Assembly (NCBI GenBank): GCA_050613775.1
Contig: JBODTK010000126.1
Coordinates: 62,001 to 126,000, forward strand
Source of the DNA: Neocallimastix sp. 'constans'
Taxonomy: Eukaryota
DNA length: 64,000 bases
Reading direction: 5' to 3'
The stretch's first letter is position 1. Every line of letters starts with the position of its first letter. The translations under genes and the position numbers were made by a program. Under the pieces are notes generated by a model. That model was given only the letters and a program-made list of their open reading frames with translations. It was not told the DNA's origin and searched no databases. Shown here piece after piece: positions 1 through 11,500 of this stretch.

Positions 1-780
1 TAATTTTAAAGCTTTCGAAAAGGCTGTCATAAACTTCGGAAATAAATCAAGTAAGTGTACTAATTTAGTATTAATTTCAGTAGAAGCTATTTCTTTAACT
101 AAATCTTCTATCAGATATTCGTCAAATTCTTCTACTAATTTTATGTGCCTTTCTTTATTTTCTTCTTTATTATTCATTTTATTATCACCTTGTGTGGGAC
201 TATCTAAAATTTCTTGTGCTCTTTTTAATTTATTAGATTTCTTCACGCTCCTGATATTCTTTTCGGTAATAAAGGAAGGATCTAGGTAGTTTAATTTTTC
301 TGTCTCATTAATAGGTAAGTCATCATTATTCTCAATTTGGTTATTACCTTCTTGAATTTCATTGTTATCATTCTCATTATATATTGAAGTATTATTACTC
401 TCATTAGTATTTTTATTAAAATCTTGATTGCTTTTTTCAGACATTAAGACATCTTCTTCGCCCTTGTCTGATATAGTATTACTTTTTAATTTATTTAATT
501 TATTATTATGTTTATTAGTATTAGTTAATTGTTTATTTTTATTATTTGAACTCACTAAATGATTATTATGATTCATTGCTGTTGTTTGTATAGGAATTGG
601 ATTGTTCTTTAATATTTCTCTTCTAGATGGTGCAAGATTCTTACTTTTTGTTTTGGTATTCTTGATGGCGGTAGCAATGACTTCAGGTGAGTTGTTAATT
701 ATTGGAAGTGTCTTTGGGTTATTTTCTACTTGGTTGGTTTGTTTACTGGGAGTCATCCTTCTCCCAATTATTGGTTTAAA
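1..780 (-). CDS. 5' part of a pol-side ORF in the -1 frame relative to gag, open to the window edge
   Basis: Hand translation from the TTTAAAC site (FKPIIGRRMTPSKQ...LFPKFMTAFSKALKL) shows no stop for about 260 codons. No protease or RT motif is reached inside the window, so identity as pol is inferred from position. Confidence 0.7.
745..780 (-). promoter_or_regulatory. -1 programmed ribosomal frameshift signal (U UUA AAC plus downstream stem-loop)
   Basis: Heptamer TTTAAAC (780-774) is in the correct gag phase (CAT TTA AAC CAA TAA). A 5-nt spacer follows, then the stem AUUGGGAG/CUCCCAGU (768-745). Confidence 0.85.
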
Positions 781-1913
781 TGGCTAGTACTACTTGATGC
801 TTTTTCTTCCATTTCTGCAAGTTGTTTAAAGGAATAGGGGCAATCCGTAAATTTGTGTCCCGGTTGTGAGCAACGGAAACAGATAAGTCGTTTATTTAAA
901 TTATTACCAAAATTGGAAGTATTAACCTCCTTAATTTGATTATTATTTTTGTTATCACCATTTAAGTTAGTGATCGACATGAGATTATTTCCAGGGGTAA
1001 AGGCCGCAATATTTCGTTTGTTATTACCGTAAGATTGATTATTATTTTCCATATAGTTTCTATAGTTATTAAAATTTTGACTATTATATTTTGAATTAGT
1101 ATTATTATTAATTCCATTTACATTATTATAAGTATTTCCATTGAGGTTTTTATTATTATAATAATTATTATAGTTATTATAATATTGACTATTATTATTA
1201 TTATCTTTATATCCATAAGTGTTATAATTATTATAATTAGGATTAAAATATCTCTGGATGCCACGACGACGGGATTGTCCTACTAAAAATCCTTGATAGA
1301 ATGGGTGATTCATAATCGATAAACCTCTGTTATTCTGAGCTATCATCAAATTATTACTATGATAATTATTTTCATTGAATGAAACTGTATTCATCTCTCT
1401 CTCTGTTTCTTCTGCAACCTCAGCTACCTTGTAAGCTTCGCTTAATGTTTCACATTCAGCCTCCAATACTCTTGAGCAAGGATACATTCGAGTTTTTATT
1501 GCATTTATGTAGTCTTTTACGGAGACAAATTGTTGACGGTCTCTGCTTAGCCTGTGATATAATCTTTTATGTCTATAATTAAATTTTTTTATTGTTTCAT
1601 TGTTACTAATTTTTAAATCCTTTAGAATAGAACATTTATCATTTTCAGTGATGTTTAAGTATTCTTCGATGCAAGATTGAATTTGCTTGAGGGAAGGATA
1701 TTTCACTTCATTTCCCTTTTTCACTTTAAGAGAATTCAAATCTCCATGTACATCTTCATCTGTGGCTTCTAATACCCAAATGAAGATCTTTCTTGGTTCG
1801 ACGATGTCATATAATTCTAGGGTTTTAGCTAAGTCGCTAATCCAAGTATCAACGTCTTTGTCATAATCGTTCAAGCGAGGTAGAACCCTTTGTAACTTTT
1901 CGGCATCAATCAT
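768..1913 (-). CDS. gag: Gag-like protein of an LTR retrotransposon (probably Ty3/gypsy)
   Basis: Intronless 381-aa ORF with a CX2CX4HX4C zinc knuckle (CFRCSQPGHKFTDC) near the C-terminus. It lies downstream of an LTR-like segment and is followed by an overlapping -1 frame ORF. Confidence 0.85.
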   Translation of the reverse strand: MIDAEKLQRVLPRLNDYDKDVDTWISDLAKTLELYDIVEPRKIFIWVLEATDEDVHGDLNSLKVKKGNEVKYPSLKQIQSCIEEYLNITENDKCSILKDLKISNNETIKKFNYRHKRLYHRLSRDRQQFVSVKDYINAIKTRMYPCSRVLEAECETLSEAYKVAEVAEETEREMNTVSFNENNYHSNNLMIAQNNRGLSIMNHPFYQGFLVGQSRRRGIQRYFNPNYNNYNTYGYKDNNNNSQYYNNYNNYYNNKNLNGNTYNNVNGINNNTNSKYNSQNFNNYRNYMENNNQSYGNNKRNIAAFTPGNNLMSITNLNGDNKNNNQIKEVNTSNFGNNLNKRLICFRCSQPGHKFTDCPYSFKQLAEMEEKASSSTSHLNQ

Positions 1914-3853
1914 TTTTTTTTTTTTTTTTTTTTTATAATTAATGTTAATGTAAATTGTTAAATGTAGAATTAAGAATAGGTAGAATATTTGTAATTAAAT
2001 TTTTATATTATTGATATATTATATAATATGATTAATAAAGTATTTTATTTGTAAAAAAAAAAATTTTAAAAAAAGAAAATAAAGAAAAATAAAATAAGAT
2101 AAAATAAAATAAAAAAAAAAAATCTAAATTTTTTTTTTTGGAAAGGATAAGAGTTGAATTTAATTTAAACTAAACTATAAGTTCTCTAAAACTATTATTT
2201 TACTCAATTAGAATTTTTAAAACAACAAGAAAAACTCTCTCTTTAACTTTTATTTCATTCTCTTCTTTTAAATTTATTAATTAATTTTATCTTGAATATT
2301 ATTGGCTGTCTAATTAATTTTTAATCTATTTATATAATGATTTAGTATATTATATATTGTAATTATTTTTCACTATATTATTATAGGATTTTCTCTTTTG
2401 TTAATTTTCTTGCATATTTCTAGCTGTATTGTATCACAGTTGGTTTGGTTCGGGGTTTTTATAAAAATTATTCAAAAATTATAAATAAAATTAAAACAAT
2501 AATAAAAATAAAAATAAAAGATTAATATAAACAAAAAAAAAATAAATAAACAATATAACTTTTTAAAATTTGATTTTTATAATTCTTTTATTAAATTTTT
2601 TTTTTATTTAAAAATTATAATGTTAGAATTACAATATAAAAAAAAATACAATTTTTTTTACTGTTATTTATATTTTTTTCTTAAAATAATAGAAATGGTA
2701 AAGCCATTTCTTTGTATAATAAAAATTAATTATTATTAATAATTTTTATATTATTTTTTTTTTTTTTTTATTGTTAATATAATTATTATTTACTTATAAT
2801 AAATAATGCTTATATATTAATCTATTACTAATTATTTATTACTAATCTACTTAATTATATATTTTAAAAGACAATTTTTTTTTATTTTACAGAAATTAAT
2901 TCTGTGGTTTAGTAATATTTATTTAATCCTAAAGTTTAATTTTACTAAGTTTAGAAAAATAATATTATTTAAATTGTTAATATAAAATTTATAATCATTT
3001 CATCAAATTTATAATATAATATTTATAATAAAACATATAATAATAATATAACTATTTTCTTTTATGTTTAATTTTTTTTTTTTTTTTTTTATTAGTAATC
3101 ATTAATACAATTTTTAATCTGGAATTTTCCAAGAAATAATTAATATTGATAAGTTTAATATTAATAAAAGAATTATTGATAAGATTTTGATAAACTATTA
3201 AGAAAATTGATAAAATAAACTATATAATATTGATAAGGATTTTAATAATAATAAAATATAGATAAGAATAATAAAAGTAGTATAGATAAGGAATTAATAT
3301 TAAATACACTTTTTTAAATAGTATAATTTAATTTGTACTAATTAGGAATATAGACGAATTTATTAGAATATAGAAAGTTCCAAAAGAATAAAGAATCAAA
3401 TAATTTATTTAAGGGTTAAATAAATCATTTAAGATGAATAACCAAAAGAACATTATTTGGGCATTCTTTATCACAGTGTAATAATTTAATTAAAAAATTA
3501 TAATTAAATTATTAATCATTAATATTAGCTCTAACTGCTAATATTAAAGGTTTAGAAAAGAATCATACTTACCTATGGTTCTTTCTAATTATCGAGTTTA
3601 TTATAACGAATTATAATAGACGAAACACTAAAATTGATAAGGAAAAGTTTTAATTATAAAATTTGTTTTATTAAAATAATTTGTTTTATTATTTATTAAA
3701 AATTTTAAATGTTAAAACTTATTGTTATTATTATTATATTATAATTGTTATAATAATAACTCTTGATTTCTCAAAGAGAACTCAAGAGCCTTATTTATAC
3801 TTTTTTGTCAAAATAAGGTTAAAATCAAAAGGGGTTCTAATCTTAACAAATCT

Positions 3854-3987
3854 CTTATCTAGGAAAAGACTAGAAGAAAAACCTAGATAAGTTTTTTGAT
3901 CGATATTCTATCCATATCGATCATCGTGTTAATTAAGTAAAACCGATTACTTTTAAGAAGTAATTGGAAAAACCTTAATTAACCGAT
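3854..3987 (-). other. Structured RNA module in LTR, copy 1 (ENE-like U-rich internal loop, hairpin, A-tract, pyrimidine-loop hairpin)
   Basis: Three adjacent inverted repeats. Minus strand reads GUUAAUUAAG-GUUUUU-CC...GG-UUUUA-CUUAAUUAAC. Covaries with the copy at 4859-4982. Confidence 0.7.
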
Positions 3988-4139
3988 TACTTAATCTAAT
4001 ATAATGATCGAAAATAAAAGAATAAAATAATGAAAATTATTTCGATCATAAAATTTAAAATTTAATCTATTTAGTTCTATTTTATAGAACTTTACATAAA
4101 AAATATAAAACAATACATTAATAATAAAATATATGATTA

Positions 4140-4193
4140 ATACAATACAGAATACATGATAGAATACAGAATACATGATAAAATACAGAATAG
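4140..4193. repeat. Short tandem repeat (~19-20 bp, AATACAGAATACATGATAR, about 2.5 copies) inside the LTR
   Basis: Directly visible repeated units. Confidence 0.7.
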
Positions 4194-4553
4194 TGTTATA
4201 GTTTATGATTTAATAAGTGAGAGAAAACTAAAACTAATAAATTTAATAATTAAGTGAATAATTAAATAAATTTAATATTATTTTAAATGTATAAAAATTA
4301 TTTGATTAAATAAATTTTTAATATTAAACTAAATAAAATTTTAATATATAATTAAATAAATTATTAATTATAATTAATTGTATAAATGAAATATGAGTTA
4401 AATAAAAGTTATATTAATTATAACCTAACTAAGAAAATATAATTATTTTGTTAAAAATAATTATAGATTCTTACAGAGTTTCGTTACAAATAATATTAAA
4501 CTATACTATTTAAATAAATAAAAATTTAACAATAACAGATTTGGCGAATTTTT

Positions 4554-5248
4554 TGTGACTAAATTATTTAACTTCATATTTAATAAATATAAATTTAAAT
4601 AATTTAAGTTCTAATTTATAATTTTAAATTTCAATTATTAATTTAAGGAGAAATAATTATTTAAAGTATTTAATTCATGCACGTAAATTTGATGTATGAT
4701 TTTTCGTTTACATAAATTTATTGAAATATGCTTTAATTCATAAATTAATGTAAATTACATAATTTTATTCAAGATATCGTGGAAAAAATTTCATACATAT
4801 ATTAATGTAATAATGAATTACATAAATTTATTAAAGATATAAAGATATCTTTACAGATTCTTTCCAGAAAAAGATTAGAAGAAAAAACTGGAAAGATTTT
4901 TGATCAATAATCTATACTTATTGATCATCGTGTTATTAAATAAAACCAATTATAATTAATCGGAAAAACTTTAATAACCGATTTTAATAACTAAAAGAAT
5001 TAAAAAGAAAAAAGGATAAAAAAGAGAAGGATAAAATAATGCAGAAATTTTATTAAATACATTTTTTCTTTGAAATAATACAGAAGTTATATTAAATACA
5101 TTTTTCATATAACAATTAATACATTAATTGGTATAATTGTTTTTAAATGAAATAAATTTTTAAAGAATGATAATTATGAAATAATTATTAATTAATAAAA
5201 AATAGAAATAAATTATAAAAATTTATATCAATTTCTTACATTCTTACA
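4554..5248 (-). mobile_element. 3' LTR of the decayed Ty3/gypsy element
   Basis: On the minus strand the integrase stop is followed by a purine tract (AAGGAGGTGCAA) and TGTAAG at 5248. The distal end (..TCACA at 4554) is a best guess. Confidence 0.6.
4859..4982 (-). other. Structured RNA module in LTR, copy 2
   Basis: Same three-hairpin layout and loop sequences as 3854-3987, with different but still paired stems. Confidence 0.7.
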
Positions 5249-5258
5249 TTGCACCTCC

Positions 5259-7030
5259 TTATGATGCATCCACTAGTTCCGGATTTCTTTTTGTATAAGG
5301 CTCCAACTGGGAAACATGAAATACCGGATGTAAATGTAGATTTTCTGGCAAGTCCAAACGGTAATTCATTCTCTCCCTCACTTCCAAAATTCTAAACGGC
5401 CCAAGATATTGTGAAGAAAGTTTTTTGGATGGCTCATTTGTAAAATTATATCTTTTTAGCCATAAAAAATCATTTATTTTGAATGAAGGTCCTGTAGCTT
5501 TCTTCGAATCTCCAAAATTATTAAAATTTTCTTTAGCTTATTGTAAGTGTCTCTTTAATGCTTCGAAATGTGAGGACCAATCCCTGGTTAAAGCGGAAGC
5601 ATTATCCTTTAGAAGAACAGGAGGCGACTCTATAGTGCAGGAAGGATTAAAGCCATAATTAGCAAAGAATGTGTAAAGATTTAATAAAATCTTTAATAAT
5701 TAAATAATTTTGGATAATAAATTTAATCTAAATAATTTATTTAAGTTAGTTAATTTAGTTTAGTTAGTTTAAAATACTTTAAAATTAATTTCAGAATAGT
5801 TTTAAATAGTTAAAATTAGTATAAATAGTTTACAAAAATAGTTTTGAATTGTAAATATATAAACATTAGTATTAATAATATTTATATAATAAATATCTAA
5901 TAAATGAGTTTTTATTGAATTTAATTATTATTGTAAATAAGTTGAAAGTTTATTGAATTAATTATTGTTTAGTTTTAGTTAATTATTATTTAATAAAATT
6001 ATTAATAAATATTTTGTTTATAAATAAATAGTAATATATGTAAATTAGATAGAAATAATATATTATAATATAATCATAAAAAATTATAAATACATGTAAA
6101 TTTCTATAATTAAATCGATGTATTAGTTATTGACTATCAAATAGTTAATAACGAGAAGAGATTTATTTTTAAATTTAATAAAAGATTATTTATTAAAAAG
6201 GAATTTTTTTTATTACGTGTTTTTATATATATTTTGTGTATTTTGTTATTTGTAATCTGTTTCATATAAACTCTTTACAGAATGATGATTTACCTATGGA
6301 CTTATGCAGGGAGTTGTTATAGGCCATTTCACATAAAGGAACATAATAACACCATTCAATCTGGGACATTGAACAATGACATCGGAGATACTGCTCAATT
6401 ACTGCATTTGCACGCTCAATTTGTCCATTGGATTGTTGATGGTGAGCTGTGGCAAGTCTTGGATTAGCGTTAATAGCAGAGCACAACGAGGTCCAAAATT
6501 CTGATGAAAATTGAGAACCATGGTCCGAAACAATTATTTTAGGGAATCCATGGTAGTGAAAAACATTGAATAGAAGCATTTTGGCTGTCAGATCAGCGGA
6601 GGGAACATCAGAACAAGGGACAAGGTGAATCATTTTGGTCAGATGGTCAGCAACAACCATTAAACATGTACAATCATGCGAGCTGGGAAGTGAAGTGATA
6701 AAGTCAACGCCAATTATTTCCTAAGGTCTACTGGGAACCGGTAAAGATTGTATTTTACCATATGGCTTGTGTCTTCAGAGCTTATTTCTTCCACAAACAT
6801 CGCATGAGGATATGCAATTCTTGATATCTTTTTTCATATTTGGCCACCAATAATTTCTTCTTAATTTTTCAAAAGTTTTATCTACTCCTTGGTGACCATT
6901 AGTTGGACCATAATGATACATTTTCAATACCTTGGCCTTGAGTGAAGAAAGGACAATTATTCGGTTCTGAAATGCAGAACCCCTTCGACGATGGTAAAAA
7001 GCGAACTTTTTACTTCATTTGACCTTGTTT
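5259..7030 (-). pseudogene. Ty3/gypsy integrase remnant, interrupted by a solo LTR and in-frame stops
   Basis: HHCC region (GHQGVDKT..YWWPNM..CDVC), core motifs VDFIT, IVSDHGSQF and QSNGQIERAN, and C-terminal YLGPF and HPVFHVSQLEPY motifs. At least three stops. Confidence 0.92.
5672..6279. mobile_element. Solo LTR (608 bp) with 5-bp TSD GAATG
   Basis: Perfect 8-bp inverted termini TGTAAAGA...TCTTTACA. GAATG at 5667-5671 and 6280-6284. Removing it restores the integrase frame (GKSSF|FANYGF). Confidence 0.93.
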
Positions 7031-7051
7031 TAATTTTATTGAGTGTATTCT

Positions 7052-8286
7052 TACACTTAAACAGGATACACTCGGAATAATTATAGCTATTCCAGTTCAC
7101 CATAAATTTAATATTCATCAAATGGATATTAAAGCCGCTTATTTAAATGCCAAACTAAAGGAAGATATATACATGGAGATCCCTGAAGGTCTAAAGAGAA
7201 AAGGTTTTTGTAAATTAAATAAAGCTTTATACGGCTTGAAACAATCAGGTAGGATGTGGAATGAAACATTTAATAAAGTATTAATAAGTTTAATCTTTAA
7301 AAGGTTCATTAGTGACCTATGTGTATATATTAAAAAGGATAATGATAGTAACATAAAATGTATTGTAGCCGTATATGTAGACGATATTATTATATCTGGA
7401 ACTGATGCCGAAATTAAGAAAACCAAAAAATTAATTAAAAATAATTTTGAAGTTACCGATGTAAGTGAGATTGATTTTATAATTGGTATAAAATTCGTTA
7501 AATGTAATGACAGTTATTTTATACATCAAATAAAATATTTAGAAGAAATTCTAAATAAATTTAACATAAACAAATATAGTTTAATATCGAACACCATACC
7601 TATTGAATATAAAGAATTAAGAAATAAATACTTTAATCCTACAAGATATAAACAAGCAATTGGAAGTTTGCTTTATCTGGCTTTAAGTACTAGACCTGAT
7701 ATTTTATATTCAGTCAGTAAGGCTTCAAGGAAATCTGAAAAACCCACATACGAGGATTGGTATAACTTACTAAAAGTATTTAGATACTTAAAAAAGAACC
7801 CAAATTATGGTATAAAGTTTTTATATAATGATAAAATTAACCTCGAAGTATATGTTGATGACGATTTAGGTGATGACAAAGAAACTAGAAGATCAACTAC
7901 TGGATTTCTAATGCTAATTAATTCAGCCCCAACAAGCTGGTTCTCTAAACTTCAACATTGTGTCTCTGTATGAATGCGCAAGACACTGCTTATGGTATAA
8001 AAATATATTTAAAGAATTTGGAATCAGACATGAATGTATAACAATCAATACTGATAATAAAGCAGCAATTTATAATTCCGAAAATGAAACAATTAACCCG
8101 AAATCAAAACATATAGATTTAAAATATCATAGTATTAGAGAATTGGTAAGAAATAATTATATAGATTTAAAATATATTAAATCTGAGTATAATTTATCAG
8201 ACAGTTTAACTAAATACTTAAATACTACTTTAATGAATAAATTTAGAAACAACATTCTTTCTAGCTTTAATGATCTTAAACTTTAG
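7052..8286 (+). pseudogene. Ty1/copia reverse transcriptase + RNase H remnant (5'-truncated, frameshifted)
   Basis: HQMDIKAAYLNA, LYGLKQSGRMWN, YVDD, TRPDI, DNKAAI, KSKHID. Frameshifting deletion near 7970 where the STAEAEY-type motif is expected. Confidence 0.93.
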
Positions 8287-8519
8287 GGGGAATGTTAGAA
8301 ATAAAGCTTAATATTATAATACTATATTATAGTTAGTTATATAATGACTTAGAATATAATATTATTAATATATTAAATAATTAAACATGTATTGTTATGT
8401 AAATATATTGTGGCGCATATATGACGTACATCATATACTTACATAAGCAACCAAATATAGTTATATTAAATGTAATAAATAATGTTTATATAATTGTATT
8501 ATACAATTAATTATAAACA
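8285..8519 (+). mobile_element. Copia polypurine tract and 3' LTR
   Basis: AGGGGGAA at the RNase H stop, then TGTTAG at 8293. The right end (..AACA 8519) is tentative. Confidence 0.6.
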
Positions 8520-11500
8520 ATAACCTTATTAATAAAGATATATTATTAAAGAGTAGAGATCGAAATCTCAATTTCAAAGAAATATTTTTAAAGAATATTA
8601 ATAAGCAATATATTTATATATTTTTATTCCTACTTTAGAGGGAAAATTATAATAAAAAAATATATATTAAAGAATAGTAAATCATAAAAATTAAAACTAT
8701 ATAATAAATATTTTTAGTAATGAAATATTGTCAATATATGTATGTATGATCATTAATGTTGAAATAAAATATTATGGAAATAGAATAAAAATAAAATATA
8801 TAGTAAAAATAAAATAAATAGTAAAAATAATCTATGATAATACTTTAATTCATAATTATTAAGATTAAAACATAATTTAGAAATATATTAAAGTACTATA
8901 TTATTTTAATTGTAAAACTATCATGTCTACTATACTATTAATAATTAAATTTATATTTTTTTATAATTAAATATTAAAAAAAAATGTTAAGAGGTTTGAT
9001 ATTCAAAATTAATAGTATGTAATATTATTTTTTTATGTATTAATATTGTTTGTAAATTTTTTTCAATTTTCAAAAAAAAAATAATAATAATAATAATAAT
9101 AAATAAATAAATATATATATATATATAACAATCTAATTTATTACATTTTTTATTTTATTTAATAAATCAATATATATTCATCTTCCAGTTGAATGATTTT
9201 TGATATGAATTTTTTATTTTATATTTATTTATTAAATATATATGAAGAAAAAAAACTTTTTTAGTATTAGTATTATGTATTTTAGTTTTAATTTTGTATA
9301 TTGTATATCATTTAGGAAAAAAAATTATATATATATTTTTACGTAATAATAATAATAATAATAAAAAATGATAAAAATATAAAAGATAAAAATAATATTA
9401 ATATAAAAAATTTGAATATAGTTTTAAAAAATAAAATAAGAACATGATGGTTTACTATATAAATGGAATTTTTTTATTAAATATAAAAAAAAATTATTAA
9501 ATATAATTAAAGTATTTAGGATAATAATATTATTTAATAACCATAAATATAATAATATTTTTTTGATTCTACAAATCCAAATTTTAAAAAGAAAATCTAT
9601 AAATATCTTTTTAAATTTTTTATTGTAATATTCTATATAACAAATATTTTCTTAATTTATATATATATATACTAAAAATATACTTTATATTCAGTTATAA
9701 TTAAATTGATATAATATAAATATATAGTTTATTTACATGTATTTGATATACCTAAAAATTAATATAATATATTAATATCAAAATTGTTCGAATTTTAATG
9801 ATATTTTTTTTAGTTTTTTAATATATTTTTTATTAAAAAAAACTAAATTTTTTTGCAAAATTAATATTTTATTTAAAAATGATATAAAATTCATATTATT
9901 TTATTAAAAGATTTTAATTAACTATTTATTCATTTAAATTCTCAAAAATAATATAAATAATTATATTTTAGATTTATTATTATTTTTTTTTATTTTTTTT
10001 CTTTCCATTTTTAAATTTAAAGAAAAAATCTTAATTTTATGGCTGATTTTTAAAACTTTATTCTTCAAAATATAAAAATCTTATTCCAAAATTATATGAT
10101 TATAATTATTATTAAGGACTTAAATTTCGAAATTATATAGAACACTTTTTATTTTTTTGTTTTTCATTTAAATTTTTTTCTTTTTCTTTCATAAAAAAAA
10201 TATTAAAAAATAAAGAAAAAACAGAAAGATAAATTAGACTTTTCATTCACTATATATTTATATTAATACATTTTTTTGTAATATATCTTTTTAAACATAA
10301 ATTATTAAAATTCTTTTATTAATTTTATAAATAAAATAATAAAATATAATCAATATAATAATACCAAATTTTTATTAATTATACTTGATTATTTAATTAT
10401 AAAATAAAAGGTTCAAATCATTGATATTAATTCATTATACATTATAAATATATAAATTTCCAAAATGGGAGGGGATAAAAAAGAATTGAGAACCCCATCA
10501 GGTGAAAATTATAATATAATAATATATTTTGTATTTTATAATGCACAACTGTGGTTTATAACAATTTAAAAAAATTAGTAATTAAAAATATTAAATAAAT
10601 GAAAATCTAGAATAATAAAAATAATATTATTATAAATAACAAACCAAACTATTATTCATAATAATGAAATGATTTTATATGAGATTAATAATGTTGGGCA
10701 ACAACGAATGATGTTATTATAAAAAATAATATTAAGGATTAGTTATTTAATGTATTATTAAAGGTTAAATTTATCAAAATAAAAAAAAAAAATATGAAAT
10801 TTAAACGTTTTATTTGTTTTTTTTTTTTTTTTTTTTTTATAAAAATTTAAGATAAATATATGTATAATTTATCATAAATAAATTAAATTTTTAACAATCA
10901 ATCCTGTTTAAAAAAATAAAATAATAATGATTAAATAAATAATGATGGATAATAATAATAGTTTGAAAAATAGATATAATTATAAATTTATATGTATGTT
11001 TTGTATATCAATTTAATAACAAAATTAAATTTTACTATATATAAACTATATCAACTAGCATTAGAGTAACTAATATAAGATTCATTATATTAATAAAATA
11101 TAAAAAAAATATTATAAAAAATAAAAATAATATAAAATAAAAATGCAAAAAATATAAAATAATGAAAAATAGTTGTTAATTGAAATGAACTATATTATTA
11201 TAATATTCATTTTAAAATAAAATAAATTTTAATATAAAATGATTATATAAAACATAAAATATAATAATTTAAAATTTAAATAGATATACATTATAAAAGT
11301 TATAATGGAGTAATACATAATAATAAATAATTATAATAATATTAAATAATAAAATCAATTAATAAATAAAAATAATAAAAATAGAAATATTAAATATATA
11401 AAATACATAATAATAATTAAAAAAAAAAAATTCCAAAGTTAATTTTTACATTACTGATAGATAAATAGGAGAATTTTCAATTTAAATATATTTCAGAAAA

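Larger units (their letters stand above)
3477..4488 (-). mobile_element. Putative 5' LTR (~1.0 kb) of the gag-bearing element
   Basis: TGTAA...TTACA inverted termini, position upstream of gag, and a structured module shared with the neighbouring LTR. No TSD across it, as expected for a non-solo LTR. The partner LTR is outside the window. Confidence 0.65.

Noticed and set aside
3565..3580. ATACTTACCT as the start of a U1 snRNA gene
   Set aside because: No U1 stem-loops or Sm site follow. Better read as a splice donor on the opposite strand.
3854..3987. LTR module as a hammerhead, hairpin or twister ribozyme (retrozyme)
   Set aside because: No CUGANGA/GAAA core or other catalytic consensus seen on either strand. 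The conserved loops are U-rich.
5259..5300. Chromodomain at the integrase C-terminus
   Set aside because: The ORF stops shortly after HVSQLEPY and is followed directly by the purine tract and LTR.
7139..7426. Antisense ORFs over real coding regions (e.g. 7139-7426, 35330-35599, 57866-58225, 61097-61483, 61639-62136)
   Set aside because: Shadow frames of genes or retroelements on the opposite strand.
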